Assembly (NCBI GenBank): GCA_019358915.1
Contig: JAHHIM010000024.1
Coordinates: forward strand, 1-64,000
Length of the DNA stretch: 64,000 nt
Source: Trichormus sp. ATA11-4-KO1
GTDB lineage: Bacteria > Cyanobacteriota > Cyanobacteriia > Cyanobacteriales > Nostocaceae
Reading direction: 5' to 3'
Shown here: positions 42,139 to 51,598 of the stretch, in pieces
How positions within the stretch are numbered: the stretch's first letter is position 1
How the letters are laid out: every line of letters starts with the position of its first letter
Notes under the pieces: generated by a model
The model's database searches: none
The model's input: only the letters and a program-made list of their open reading frames with translations
What the model was told of the DNA's origin: nothing
Translations under genes and position numbers: made by a program

Positions 42139-43323
42139 ATTTACCCGTGTTATGCCTTCGCGCATTTTATATTGTCGCTTTGACCAAGAGTGTTTGATGA
42201 TTTTACGTAATAAGGGAGCAAGTTGAACCAACAGCGATCGCAGCAATGGATTGTTCAGTTGTTGGCGTTGTCTGGCTTCTTCTAACTGGAGTTGCTGGGC
42301 GCGGATAATTTCTGGCTCACGTTCTGCTTGAATGCGCGACAGTGCCAAATCAATTTCTTGGTGTCCGGCTTTTGCTTGCAACAAAGGCACTAAATGATTA
42401 ACAGCAACAATCACATCACGTAATGCAACATTGATGCCTTGCGCGCGGACAGGAGACATGGGGTGTGCAGCGTCACCTAGAAGCAGTATTCCTGGTGTTT
42501 GCCATTGAGGACAACGACCAACCACAACAGAAAGTTTAATGGGTGATTCAATGGTATCTGCATAATTACGGAAATGTTCCGCCAGCCATGAAGGTGATAG
42601 TGAGGCAAAAATTTCTCCCCAATTTGCTTGCTTGTAGTCAGTTTTTTCATCTGCGGATATTACCCAAGCCAGATGTAGTTTTCCTGCTTCTGCTCCATGA
42701 AAGATGCTAAAAGCGCGATCGCCATTTACAATCGTCCGAAACACATTATCATCGGCAAACTTGGGGCTAGCAGCTAGCTTAAACCAGAGAATATCTATAT
42801 TTTTGGGCTGACGTACCAATTTTAATCCGGCACGTTCTCGCACAATTGAGTTACGACCATCTGCCCCAATCACTAAATCAGCAGAAATTTGCCGCCCATC
42901 ACTCAGGACTACACCGACAACACGTTGATTGCTCCACAATAAATCTTTTACAGGCAAACCCTGGATAAGTTCAAACTCATCATTAAGTTGAGCTTCCGAA
43001 ATCAGTGCTTTGAGTAGCGGCGGTTGTGAAACCAGTGTACAAGGTCGGGTTGCCCCCATTGGTTCCTCAACTCGAAATAACTGTTTCCCCTCAATCATGA
43101 ATTCCCACGCACTCAGTGGTCGATGGGGAATCTGTTCTAACAACGCAGATAGTCCCATTTGTTCGAGTGCATCTAAGCCACTGGGCATTAATCCCTCACC
43201 GCGAAATACACGATGAAAGTCTTTTGCTGCTTCAATTAATGTTACTGCGATACCACGTTTTACAAGGAGTAGGGCAAGTGCTGCACCTGTTGGGCCTGCG
43301 CCCACAATTATAATTTGTGCCAC
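42127..43323 (-). CDS. FAD-dependent monooxygenase/oxidoreductase
   Basis: GAGPTG, GADGRNS, GDAAH.MSP..AQG. Confidence 0.88.
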   Translation of the reverse strand: MAQIIIVGAGPTGAALALLLVKRGIAVTLIEAAKDFHRVFRGEGLMPSGLDALEQMGLSALLEQIPHRPLSAWEFMIEGKQLFRVEEPMGATRPCTLVSQPPLLKALISEAQLNDEFELIQGLPVKDLLWSNQRVVGVVLSDGRQISADLVIGADGRNSIVRERAGLKLVRQPKNIDILWFKLAASPKFADDNVFRTIVNGDRAFSIFHGAEAGKLHLAWVISADEKTDYKQANWGEIFASLSPSWLAEHFRNYADTIESPIKLSVVVGRCPQWQTPGILLLGDAAHPMSPVRAQGINVALRDVIVAVNHLVPLLQAKAGHQEIDLALSRIQAEREPEIIRAQQLQLEEARQRQQLNNPLLRSLLVQLAPLLRKIIKHSWSKRQYKMREGITRVNLIV

Positions 43324-43372
43324 TTCATCCCTCCTGGATGTGTTTTTTAAAACTACATTTATCCAATATTAA

Positions 43373-43466
43373 TAGGACTTACGCACAAGTTACGGAAGAA
43401 TCAAACCGCAGAGGCACAGAGAACACGGAGGAATGAGAGTTAGAGAAGTATTTTGCGTAAGTCCTA
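43373..43466. mobile_element. MITE with perfect inverted ends
   Basis: TAGGACTTACGCA...TGCGTAAGTCCTA; the terminal TA may be the target duplication. Confidence 0.8.
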
Positions 43467-43510
43467 ATTAAAATTCTATCAACTGCGAGACAATTTAGGG
43501 CATTTTCTTT

Positions 43511-43945
43511 CTAAGAATTACGAATTATATCAATGTCATTCCCGTCATATATCCACATTGGTTTGACCCCCTGTGAATGCTGAAAACCAAGTTTTTCATA
43601 AAACGGAACAGCATTATCTATTGCCAGTAATATTTGCTGATGAAAATTAATATAAGGGCTTTGCAGACGTTTCATAATTTCACGTCCTATACCTCTATTT
43701 TGATATGACGGTAATACTAATAAATGAGGGTAGTAAACAACTAAAGCACCATCTGAAATAGCATTACCAAGACCAATCAGCAAATTCTCATGCCATGCAG
43801 AAATAACTGTGTGCGAGTTGGTGAGTGCTAACAAAAGTTGTTCAGGTTTCTCTGCCGATGACCATCTACATTGTGAATAAAGATTGATTACCTGTTCACG
43901 AGGAAGTTTTGTTTGATCTTGATACTCAATTTCTGCATAAGTCAT
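43511..43945 (-). CDS. GNAT family N-acetyltransferase
   Basis: V.PSYQNRGIG motif A and FYEKLGF; ATG at 43945. Confidence 0.85.
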   Translation of the reverse strand: MTYAEIEYQDQTKLPREQVINLYSQCRWSSAEKPEQLLLALTNSHTVISAWHENLLIGLGNAISDGALVVYYPHLLVLPSYQNRGIGREIMKRLQSPYINFHQQILLAIDNAVPFYEKLGFQHSQGVKPMWIYDGNDIDIIRNS

Positions 43946-43986
43946 GGCTATCGTGTTGTTAGATAGGAATATAACAATCAATTAAT

Positions 43987-44598
43987 TCACTTTTTTGCCA
44001 CTCCTTTATATAGATAGCCTGAAATTTTTGGTAAATTTTCGCCGACAAATTCTTCTAGAGTAACAGTATCAAAACTTTGCTCAACTAATTGTCTAATATT
44101 ACGGTTGAAATGACACCCATCTCCTATAATTTTTTGTATGGGTGTTAATCGGTTTTGCCAAACCTGGATTTTAGGTTTATTACTCAATCCATGTTCCAAG
44201 AAAAAGAATTGTCCACCTGGTTTCAAAACTCGATAGACTTCTTTCAATGCTTGTTCAACTTTGGCAATACTACATAAAGTAAATGTACTAACCACACTAT
44301 CAAATGTATTATCTACCATTGGCAAATTTTCACCGTTTAATACTCGATGATCTACTGTAATTGAGGATGATTGAATACGTTTTTGCGCTATTTTATGAAC
44401 TCCAGAATTGACATCAACCGTGATAATTTTTTCCAGTTCTTGAGGATAGTAGGAAAGATTTAAACCTGTGCCGAAACCAATTTCTAAAGTTTCACCTTTT
44501 ACATTTGCTAAAATTTCTTGCCGATACTTGGTAATACTGGGGTCGGATAGTGACCAATCAAGCAGATAAGGAAGTATTTTTTGTGAATAAAATCCCAT
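43987..44598 (-). CDS. Class I SAM-dependent methyltransferase
   Basis: LEIGFGTG, FDSVVS, RVLKPGG, LEHG. Confidence 0.9.
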   Translation of the reverse strand: MGFYSQKILPYLLDWSLSDPSITKYRQEILANVKGETLEIGFGTGLNLSYYPQELEKIITVDVNSGVHKIAQKRIQSSSITVDHRVLNGENLPMVDNTFDSVVSTFTLCSIAKVEQALKEVYRVLKPGGQFFFLEHGLSNKPKIQVWQNRLTPIQKIIGDGCHFNRNIRQLVEQSFDTVTLEEFVGENLPKISGYLYKGVAKK

Positions 44599-44637
44599 TT
44601 TATACTCCTATGAAACTTGATCAGAGTATACAATTTT

Positions 44638-45510
44638 TCACCGTGCGATCGCTACATGAGGCAAACGGCTCCATTCATTCCAAGAGCCGTCGTAATTGCG
44701 AACCTGGGGATAGCCGAGTAAATACTTTAAAACAAACCAAATATAGCCGGAACGCCCACCAATGGCGCAGTAGGGAAATACTTCTTTATCAGTTGTGATA
44801 CCTTGACTTTTGTAAAGAGCTTGTAATTCGTCGAATGATTTGAAGGTTCCGTCTTCGTTTAAAGTCAGGATATGCTCAATGTTAATTGCACTGGGTATAT
44901 GTCCAGCACGCTCAGTTGCTGTTGGGGGCTGATTGAAAAACCACTCGCCACTATACTCTTGAGGTGTGCGAACATCTAATAAGACACAATCATTTTTACC
45001 GATAGATGCCTGAACTTCCTCATGTGAAACTCTGAGGCTAGTATCAGGAGTTTTGGCAGAGTATGGAACTGGTTGATATGTGGATAATTCTGTTGCTAGT
45101 GGACGACCTTCTGATTTCCATTTCTGATATCCACCATTGAGAACTCGTACATTCTCATGTCCAAATAATTTTAATAACCAAAAAATCCAAGCTCCTGTTC
45201 CGGGATAGCTACCATAGGCGATTACCGTCGTCTCGTTGGTGATGCCAGATTTTGACATCAACTGCTCAAATGCGATCGCCTCCGGCGGGGCGTAGCCCAT
45301 CGCATCTAAATTCATTCTCCAATCGGGTAATAATATGTCTGTTAAGATGTTCCAAAACACAGACCCAGGAATGTGAGCATTTTTATATGGCTGTGGCATC
45401 ATATCGACTTCGATAATGCGGAGATTTGGCTCATGCAGGTGATTTGCTAGCCATTCAGTATCAACTAAAACGTCGGGATGGGCATACTGGGAGATGATTT
45501 TTGTTGACAT
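44638..45510 (-). CDS. Tandem-rhodanese sulfurtransferase
   Basis: HIPGS, GHIPSA, YCAIGGRS active-site Cys, YDGSWNEW. Confidence 0.92.
   Translation of the reverse strand: MSTKIISQYAHPDVLVDTEWLANHLHEPNLRIIEVDMMPQPYKNAHIPGSVFWNILTDILLPDWRMNLDAMGYAPPEAIAFEQLMSKSGITNETTVIAYGSYPGTGAWIFWLLKLFGHENVRVLNGGYQKWKSEGRPLATELSTYQPVPYSAKTPDTSLRVSHEEVQASIGKNDCVLLDVRTPQEYSGEWFFNQPPTATERAGHIPSAINIEHILTLNEDGTFKSFDELQALYKSQGITTDKEVFPYCAIGGRSGYIWFVLKYLLGYPQVRNYDGSWNEWSRLPHVAIAR
45280..45303. mobile_element. 24-nt small dispersed repeat inserted in frame at a HIP1 site
   Basis: GCGATCGC (45272-45279) followed by CTCCGGCGGGGCGTAGCCCATCGC; removing it leaves one HIP1 and keeps the frame. Confidence 0.7.
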
Positions 45511-45612
45511 GCTAAAGTCTTCCTTAAAGGTGAATTCATTTCTTATACACAGTTAAGATAAAGCTCATGTTCTGACCCCGCCTAGTCCTCGAACGAGTAC
45601 ACTTTGCAAATC

Positions 45613-46323
45613 ATGGCGAACTTGCAATCTTTATTTCCCCGCATCACCCACGCCCAAAATGAACAAGAATTGCGATCGCTGATTTTGGTAGAAGTTAGTG
45701 AATATTTTGCCGCTAAACGCTCAGGATTATTTTTTGTCGAGCAACTTCCCTTGCTGGAAGGCAAGTTACAAAAAGTTATGCAACTGGCGTTATCTACCAA
45801 GTACAATCCTGTTGTGCGCTACTTGGTAGAGCGACACGCCCCGGTTCACGAAGCTTTGGTAATATCACCGAAAGCATGGCAGTTGATTTGTCCACGTGCT
45901 GACCACTGGCATGTCATGGTGGGGCCAATTGTCAATCAAGGTCAATTAGTTGGTGTGATTGGCTTGACTCGTACCCTGGGAATGCCTGCATTTGATACGC
46001 AAAATTTGCTTGATTTAAGCGCACTTTGTCTGCATTTATCTTCTTGGGTAGCAACGGTGCGCTCGCCAAACTTTTCTCAACACAAATTGCCATACCCACA
46101 ATTCCAGACAAATCGCCTCACACCCCGCGAACTACAAATTGCTGAACTAGTCGCTCAAGGGCGAACCAGTTCACAAATTGGTGCTGAACTTTGGATTACT
46201 GAAAATTCCGTAAAGCAAGCCTTAAAGCGAATGTTCCGTAAGCTGGAAGTTTCGTCTCGCGCAGAGATGGTGGCTCGGTTGTCTGCAAGTACTATGGCAC
46301 ACTATCAAAAAGAATTGTTTTAA
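45613..46323 (+). CDS. GAF-like sensor with LuxR-type HTH regulator
   Basis: LTPRELQIAELVAQG...LWITENSVK HTH; divergent from the sulfurtransferase operon. Confidence 0.85.
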   Translation: MANLQSLFPRITHAQNEQELRSLILVEVSEYFAAKRSGLFFVEQLPLLEGKLQKVMQLALSTKYNPVVRYLVERHAPVHEALVISPKAWQLICPRADHWHVMVGPIVNQGQLVGVIGLTRTLGMPAFDTQNLLDLSALCLHLSSWVATVRSPNFSQHKLPYPQFQTNRLTPRELQIAELVAQGRTSSQIGAELWITENSVKQALKRMFRKLEVSSRAEMVARLSASTMAHYQKELF

Positions 46324-46796
46324 ACTGTTTCTTTATCCACCCAACTCACCTGCTTTTGAACTCCATACCCATCTTCAATAGTGTGGCCTGGATAGGAATT
46401 TGACCGTGATTGAATGACAATCCAGTAAAGTGCTTCTACATCTGAGGTATTGCGAAAACAGCGTTCTCCTTCAGGATCTACCCGTACTACTGTTCCCTCA
46501 CTTATGGGAAAGACACGTTCATCAACTTGAAATTCTCCCTGCCCGCGAATAAAAATGTAAATTTCTTCGTTGAGCTGATGCTTGTGATAAAACGGTATTG
46601 ACTGCTGTGGTAGAAGCATATTGACAGAAATCTCTGCACTGGTGAGGTCAAGCAGTTGTTTCAAAAATACCTTACCCTCGAACTCAAATGGAACCCCTGG
46701 AGCCTGAAATTTAAACTGATGTAACTGAGAGAAATTTCCTAAGTTCACAGCAGCAAAGTTTTGCCCGGTTTTGACAGATAGAGAAAATTGAGTCAT
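46320..46796 (-). CDS. Cupin domain protein
   Basis: PFYHKH...EEIYIFIRGQG. Confidence 0.85.
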   Translation of the reverse strand: MTQFSLSVKTGQNFAAVNLGNFSQLHQFKFQAPGVPFEFEGKVFLKQLLDLTSAEISVNMLLPQQSIPFYHKHQLNEEIYIFIRGQGEFQVDERVFPISEGTVVRVDPEGERCFRNTSDVEALYWIVIQSRSNSYPGHTIEDGYGVQKQVSWVDKETV

Positions 46797-46878
46797 TTTT
46801 AACTTTTAAATTGCAAGTTAAAAGCTAAGATACCAAGATAATTTGTAAAATGCAAGTAATTTAATTTATCCCTGAATC

Positions 46879-47214
46879 ATGCAGTCACGAAGGTCACCAT
46901 GCCCCATAGCTTGTACATTAGATTTAATAGGCGATCGCTGGACGCTGCTGATCATTAGGGACATGATGTTTTTCCATAAGCAGCGTTTTGAGGAGTTTTT
47001 AGACTCTCCTGAAGGAATTTCTACAAATATCTTGTCAAATCGGTTGAAATTGCTAGAAGAGCTAGGTTTAGCAGAAAAACAGCTATATAGTAACCATTCT
47101 CGACGGATGAGCTATCAATTAACAGAACGAGGTCAAAGCCTCCGCCCTGTGTTGAAAACGATGATTGCTTGGGGACTCAAGCACATTCCTGAAACTCAGA
47201 TTCCTGATGAGTAA
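46879..47214 (+). CDS. HxlR family winged-helix regulator
   Basis: CPI...LDLIGDRWTLLIIR, GIS.NIL..RLK, YQLTERG. Confidence 0.88.
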   Translation: MQSRRSPCPIACTLDLIGDRWTLLIIRDMMFFHKQRFEEFLDSPEGISTNILSNRLKLLEELGLAEKQLYSNHSRRMSYQLTERGQSLRPVLKTMIAWGLKHIPETQIPDE

Positions 47215-47314
47215 TTTCAAACTAAGCGACACTCATATTTACTACGGAGGCAGCAATTTTATCAGTTATGCCCCCATGAGCTTATGGGAATAAAAATGGT
47301 GGGTAGCTCACAAG

Positions 47315-47382
47315 TCTTAAATAGGGCGACACCCAGATAAAATACTGTGCATATTTACTACTGAGCCGATAACTGCGATCGC
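47315..47382 (-). repeat. Duplicate of the cobA 3' end (direct repeat of 48045-48112)
   Basis: 67 of 68 nt identical, ending at GCGATCGC. Confidence 0.92.
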
Positions 47383-47434
47383 AGGTACTGTAAATCTAGT
47401 ATAAGCTGTTACGAGCAGGACAACATTCTCTTGC

Positions 47435-47734
47435 TTATGGCAGCCGACTACGCCATTTTTGAGGATTTTGAGAGCAATGAAAAACTGAGTAGACAATGAG
47501 CGTATAGTCAAAATACTCGTAGAAAACAACGTAAGGAAAGCGGCGAACGACAGCCCTTCTATAACTTTCATAAACTACCGGATACATTGTTGGGTTTCGT
47601 CGAACAAAATGAAGGCAAGCATCAACACAACGAAGAAACTCTTCACCCAAACCAGGTTCCTGATTTTCATACCAAGTGTAAGCCTGAACTGTATCCTGTT
47701 CTGCTTCTGGCAGAATAATCAAGTTTCTAAACAT
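47435..47734 (-). CDS. RelE/ParE family toxin
   Basis: EAEQD...Y.WYE...PGLGEEF, RFPYVVFY, VFH.SQNP..W. Confidence 0.88.
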   Translation of the reverse strand: MFRNLIILPEAEQDTVQAYTWYENQEPGLGEEFLRCVDACLHFVRRNPTMYPVVYESYRRAVVRRFPYVVFYEYFDYTLIVYSVFHCSQNPQKWRSRLP

Positions 47735-47954
47735 CGCTGCTGTTTAGGCGAATTCTCTCTTTGACTTCCTCCCATGAACTACCTGAGTCAGGATTCTGCA
47801 AGTATGCTGCTTTTCTCTTAGCAAGTTCTTCTTTCTGCCAGTCAAGCACAGAGATTTGTTCTGGAACAGAGGCAATACTATCCCATAAATCTTCCACAAG
47901 CTGTAACTTTTCCGAGAGGGTTAACTCAAAAATTTGAGTGAACTCTTTGTTCAT
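47727..47954 (-). CDS. Addiction module antitoxin
   Basis: L.LSEKLQLVEDLWDSI...WQKEELAKR...SWEEVK; overlaps the toxin start. Confidence 0.88.
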   Translation of the reverse strand: MNKEFTQIFELTLSEKLQLVEDLWDSIASVPEQISVLDWQKEELAKRKAAYLQNPDSGSSWEEVKERIRLNSSDV

Positions 47955-48046
47955 GCTGACTTTACCAAGGAAAACCTGTTTTTTCTAGTTTATCAGTTAT
48001 ACTCTCCCATGAACTTCTGTAGTGTAAATAGCTAGTTCATGTACTC

Positions 48047-48826
48047 TTAAATAGGGCGACACCCAGATAGAATACTGTGCATATTTACTACTGAGCCGAT
48101 AACTGCGATCGCGGGTGCGCCAAATCCAGTTTCCTCAACTTGCCCAATAATTGACTCTAACGTCCCGACCAATTCTGCTTGTTCTGGTCGTGTACCCCAA
48201 CGCACCAAGGCAATGGGTGTCTCTACACTCAACCCAGCTTGACTTAACTGTTCCACAATGTAAGGTAGATTGTGCATCCCCATGTAAATCACAATGGTTT
48301 CCGAACCGTGGGCGATCGCCTGCCAATTCACCCTCGGTCTATACTTACCTGCTGACTCATGCCCAGTTACAAAAGTTACAGAAGAACTATGCAGTCGATG
48401 AGTTAAAGGTATCCCAGCATAAGCAGGAGCCGCAATTCCTGATGTAATTCCTGGCACAACTTCTACAGATATCCCAGCTTGGACTAAATCTGCCATTTCT
48501 TCGCCACCGCGACCAAAAATAAACGGGTCGCCGCCCTTGAGTCGCACCACTACTGCGTGATCTTGCGCCTTTTCAATGAGCAGATGGGTGGTTTCTTCTT
48601 GTAATAATGAATGTCTCCCCATCCGCTTACCTGCGTTGATTTTTTCGGCTTGGGGATTAATCATAGCCAGAATTGCTGGACTGACCAAGGCATCATAGAT
48701 CACGACATCCGCACATTCCAATAAACCCTTACCTTTAAGGGTCATTAATCCTGGATCTCCAGGCCCCGCACCTATTAAATAAACCTTACCTAAACACCCT
48801 TGCGCTTCTTTCTCTGTGCGGCTCAT
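48047..48826 (-). CDS. cobA: Uroporphyrinogen-III C-methyltransferase
   Basis: GAGPGDPGL, RLKGGDPFIFGRGGEE, VPGITS. Confidence 0.95.
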   Translation of the reverse strand: MSRTEKEAQGCLGKVYLIGAGPGDPGLMTLKGKGLLECADVVIYDALVSPAILAMINPQAEKINAGKRMGRHSLLQEETTHLLIEKAQDHAVVVRLKGGDPFIFGRGGEEMADLVQAGISVEVVPGITSGIAAPAYAGIPLTHRLHSSSVTFVTGHESAGKYRPRVNWQAIAHGSETIVIYMGMHNLPYIVEQLSQAGLSVETPIALVRWGTRPEQAELVGTLESIIGQVEETGFGAPAIAVIGSVVNMHSILSGCRPI

Positions 48827-49536
48827 TTATGTATCAAATCCCCAATTATCTCAGCTAATTCTGTACTTGCTCCCAAAGGTTCTGCCAGTTGGCAAGTTAC
48901 AGCAGGAAATTGTAATTTTAGCGTTTCTACGGACTTTGCGATCGCATCGGTAATACCACCTGTGAATAGAAAATATGGCAAAATTGCAATTTCCCTCTTG
49001 CCAGCAGCCACAAGCTCTTGTACCTGCGATTCTAATTTAGGTGGTACAGCCCAATAAGCCGCCACTGCTCCCAATTTGGCTGCAATTGTTTCTATTGGCT
49101 CTAAGGAACCAGGACGACTGCTACCATGAGCTAACAAAATTGATTTTTCAGCTTTCATCGTAGCCATTTGCTTGACTAGCAATGTGACTAAGCCGGGATG
49201 ACTGCCTAAATGTGGTTGCAGATTAATCATGATATCTTGACCAACAGCCTGTTGCGCCAGTGCAATCTCGACAGGAATATCTGTCATTACATGCACACCC
49301 GGTAGCAGAAATAACGGTATTACCTTGAGGCTACTAGCCCCGGAAACTAAAGCACTGTGGGCAAATTGTTTAATCTGCTCATGCAAAGGCTCAGGTTTTA
49401 ATTCTAGAGAAGCTATACCCATAAGATGTTTGGTATTCCCCAGTTTCTGCGATACCAACCCTGCTAATTGCTGCATAGCAATTTCTGGGCGTGGGTCACG
49501 ACTACCGTGGGATACCAGCAAATACGCAGATGTCAT
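48823..49536 (-). CDS. Sirohydrochlorin chelatase (CbiX/SirB type)
   Basis: HGSRDP, PLFLLPGVH..DIP, PYFLF.G; coupled to cobA. Confidence 0.88.
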   Translation of the reverse strand: MTSAYLLVSHGSRDPRPEIAMQQLAGLVSQKLGNTKHLMGIASLELKPEPLHEQIKQFAHSALVSGASSLKVIPLFLLPGVHVMTDIPVEIALAQQAVGQDIMINLQPHLGSHPGLVTLLVKQMATMKAEKSILLAHGSSRPGSLEPIETIAAKLGAVAAYWAVPPKLESQVQELVAAGKREIAILPYFLFTGGITDAIAKSVETLKLQFPAVTCQLAEPLGASTELAEIIGDLIHK

Positions 49537-49597
49537 ACCAATTAAAAAAAAGAGTGAGACACAAACACAGCCAAAGTCTAATTTTCTTAATTACGAA

Positions 49598-50941
49598 TTA
49601 GTAATTATTTTCAGGGTAACAGCTTGGCAGCTTGGAAACTAAAACACTGGTATGTTGCCACACTTGAGTCCCACCAGCCCAAATTCGGGAGGGGAAGTAT
49701 CCTTTAGGGATAGACCAACTTAGCAGAAATTGAGAACTAGACTGGGAGTTATAAACAGTCCAACCAATAGCAGCACAAAATTTGCCGTAGTCACCATCAA
49801 CGTTTTCATAAATTTGCTTCTGAACACTAAACCCAAACCGTTGTTGGCTGTACTGCATCCACAGTTGGTCAATTGTTTGTAAAACCTCATCTGGCAACTT
49901 TTTCAAATCACTACAAAAAAGATAGCTGTTAATTGGCTTCGAGAGTGCTTGACACATCACCACCCAAGTTTCTTGGTCTGCTTGTTGCCATTTCCTGACA
50001 GCGAGGAAATCGCGCAATTGGCTGTAATCAAGTTCTATCTTTAAATTATCTGGCTGTGTTGTGGCTAAATTTAAGGCTTCCAGGACTTCCGCAGCCGATT
50101 GATAACGTTGAGAAAGGGCATTGTGCAGCAATTTATCAAGAATTTGACCGAGTGCATGACCTACCCTATTTTCACTTAATATATAGTCACGCCATACCCA
50201 GCGATCGCTAATCACATCAAACAACTCAAAGGGAGAAATTCCCGTCAATAAATGAATACAGGTGACACCTAAACTATAAAGGTCACTAGCTGGTAAAGCT
50301 TTACCCCGTGTTTGTTCAGGAGCAATATATTCTGGACTGCCTATTGTTGTTCCTGTATGTAGCAACGCTGTAGTAGTGATGTGTTTAGCAACTCCGAAGT
50401 CAATTAAAACTAGATCACCTTGGGGGACGCGACGCATGATATTTGCTGGCTTAATATCACGGTGAATCACTCGGCGGTCATGGATGAATTGCAGCACTGG
50501 CAACAAATTTTGCAGTAATTCCCCTATTTGGGATGCGTTAAATACTCCTTGCTGTTGTAATTCCTGTGCCAGGGTTTGTCCTGAAATTAATTCCTCCACC
50601 AAATACAGCTGATGCTCTTGTTCAAAGTACCCTAATAGTTGAGGTATTTGGGGATGCTGCAACTCATCTAGACGAACGGCTTCCTGACGAAATAATTCTA
50701 CTGCCTTGTGAAGGCTTTCTCTATCTTCCTCTGGAAAACAGAATTGTTTGATGACACACCTGATTTTGGAGGGAAGGTGTTCATCCACAGCCAAAAAAGT
50801 TCTGCCAAATCCACCGTGTCCTAAGCAACAGAGCAGGCGATAGCGGTCTTGGAGCAACAATTGCCCACCACATTTGGGACAAACTTGAGCCGTGTCAGAA
50901 TTTTGTAAATGCAGACAGCCAATGTTGGGACAGAGTTTCAT
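49598..50941 (-). CDS. Ser/Thr kinase with N-terminal 4-Cys prefix and C-terminal GUN4-like domain
   Basis: C.N..C...N....C..CG, HRDIKPAN, W..ADQET and DQLW..YS..RFGFSVQK. Confidence 0.88.
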   Translation of the reverse strand: MKLCPNIGCLHLQNSDTAQVCPKCGGQLLLQDRYRLLCCLGHGGFGRTFLAVDEHLPSKIRCVIKQFCFPEEDRESLHKAVELFRQEAVRLDELQHPQIPQLLGYFEQEHQLYLVEELISGQTLAQELQQQGVFNASQIGELLQNLLPVLQFIHDRRVIHRDIKPANIMRRVPQGDLVLIDFGVAKHITTTALLHTGTTIGSPEYIAPEQTRGKALPASDLYSLGVTCIHLLTGISPFELFDVISDRWVWRDYILSENRVGHALGQILDKLLHNALSQRYQSAAEVLEALNLATTQPDNLKIELDYSQLRDFLAVRKWQQADQETWVVMCQALSKPINSYLFCSDLKKLPDEVLQTIDQLWMQYSQQRFGFSVQKQIYENVDGDYGKFCAAIGWTVYNSQSSSQFLLSWSIPKGYFPSRIWAGGTQVWQHTSVLVSKLPSCYPENNY

Positions 50942-51018
50942 TACCAGGTAGAACGTTTTCTGGGCTTCATGATCTTAGTATTCCCAATTTATTCCCGACT
51001 CTCCCTCGGCTGCTTGCC

Positions 51019-51399
51019 TTATTGCTGCTCGGCGGTGTAAGTATAAAAGTTATTAAATGCCCCCACTGTCTCAAATCTGTAAGCAGGTATCCAAGAACTC
51101 AGTCTTATATCTGTACTGTAAATGCTAAAAATCATAAAATCTTGCTTTTGCGTAGTCAGAGCCAGGATTTCCCGCATATGGGGATTGGCTGTATCTACCA
51201 GTTGCTCACATTTAGAATTTAGTAAATTTTCTAAGAAACTTGTAGTTTTTTTGCAAACATCCTTTTTTAAATATTCTGTCAGTCGTTGCGCTGCGTACTC
51301 TTCATATTCAGCCTGCGACGGATTAGTTTTCGCCATTGTCACTCCCAAAGTGGCTAATCCTGCTGCTCCCGCGTATGCCATAATAGTCAGTGCTTTCAT
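51019..51399 (-). CDS. DUF4359-like exported protein
   Basis: TM, TNPSQ.EYE.YA, two Cys, FSIY.T, TVGAF.NF. Confidence 0.7.
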   Translation of the reverse strand: MKALTIMAYAGAAGLATLGVTMAKTNPSQAEYEEYAAQRLTEYLKKDVCKKTTSFLENLLNSKCEQLVDTANPHMREILALTTQKQDFMIFSIYSTDIRLSSWIPAYRFETVGAFNNFYTYTAEQQ

Positions 51400-51479
51400 G
51401 TTTCCTAACTGTAATTCAATGTTGTCATTGGACTCCCAAGACTGGGAATAAACAAAGTCCGTTCCTTAAAAAAAAACTC

Positions 51480-51509
51480 TTGATTACTTCTTCAAAGAAA
51501 TGTTATAAT
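51480..51509 (+). promoter_or_regulatory. Sigma70-type promoter of tRNA-His
   Basis: TTGATT-N18-TATAAT with extended TG, 15 bp before the tRNA. Confidence 0.7.
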
Positions 51510-51524
51510 CAGCAATATCGAAAT

Positions 51525-51598
51525 GGCGAGCGTAGCCAAGTGGTTAAGGCAGTGGTTTGTGGTACCACCATTCGTGGGTTCGAGTCCCATCGTTCGCC
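51525..51598 (+). tRNA. trnH: tRNA-His(GTG)
   Basis: Acceptor stem GCGAGCG/CGTTCGC, G-1 and C discriminator, anticodon GTG at 51559-51561, GGTTCGAGTCC T-arm; CCA not encoded. Confidence 0.96.

Noticed and set aside
47317..47571. 84-aa ORF ending with the CobA C-terminus
   Set aside because: By-product of the duplicated cobA 3' end, read out of frame through the toxin gene.
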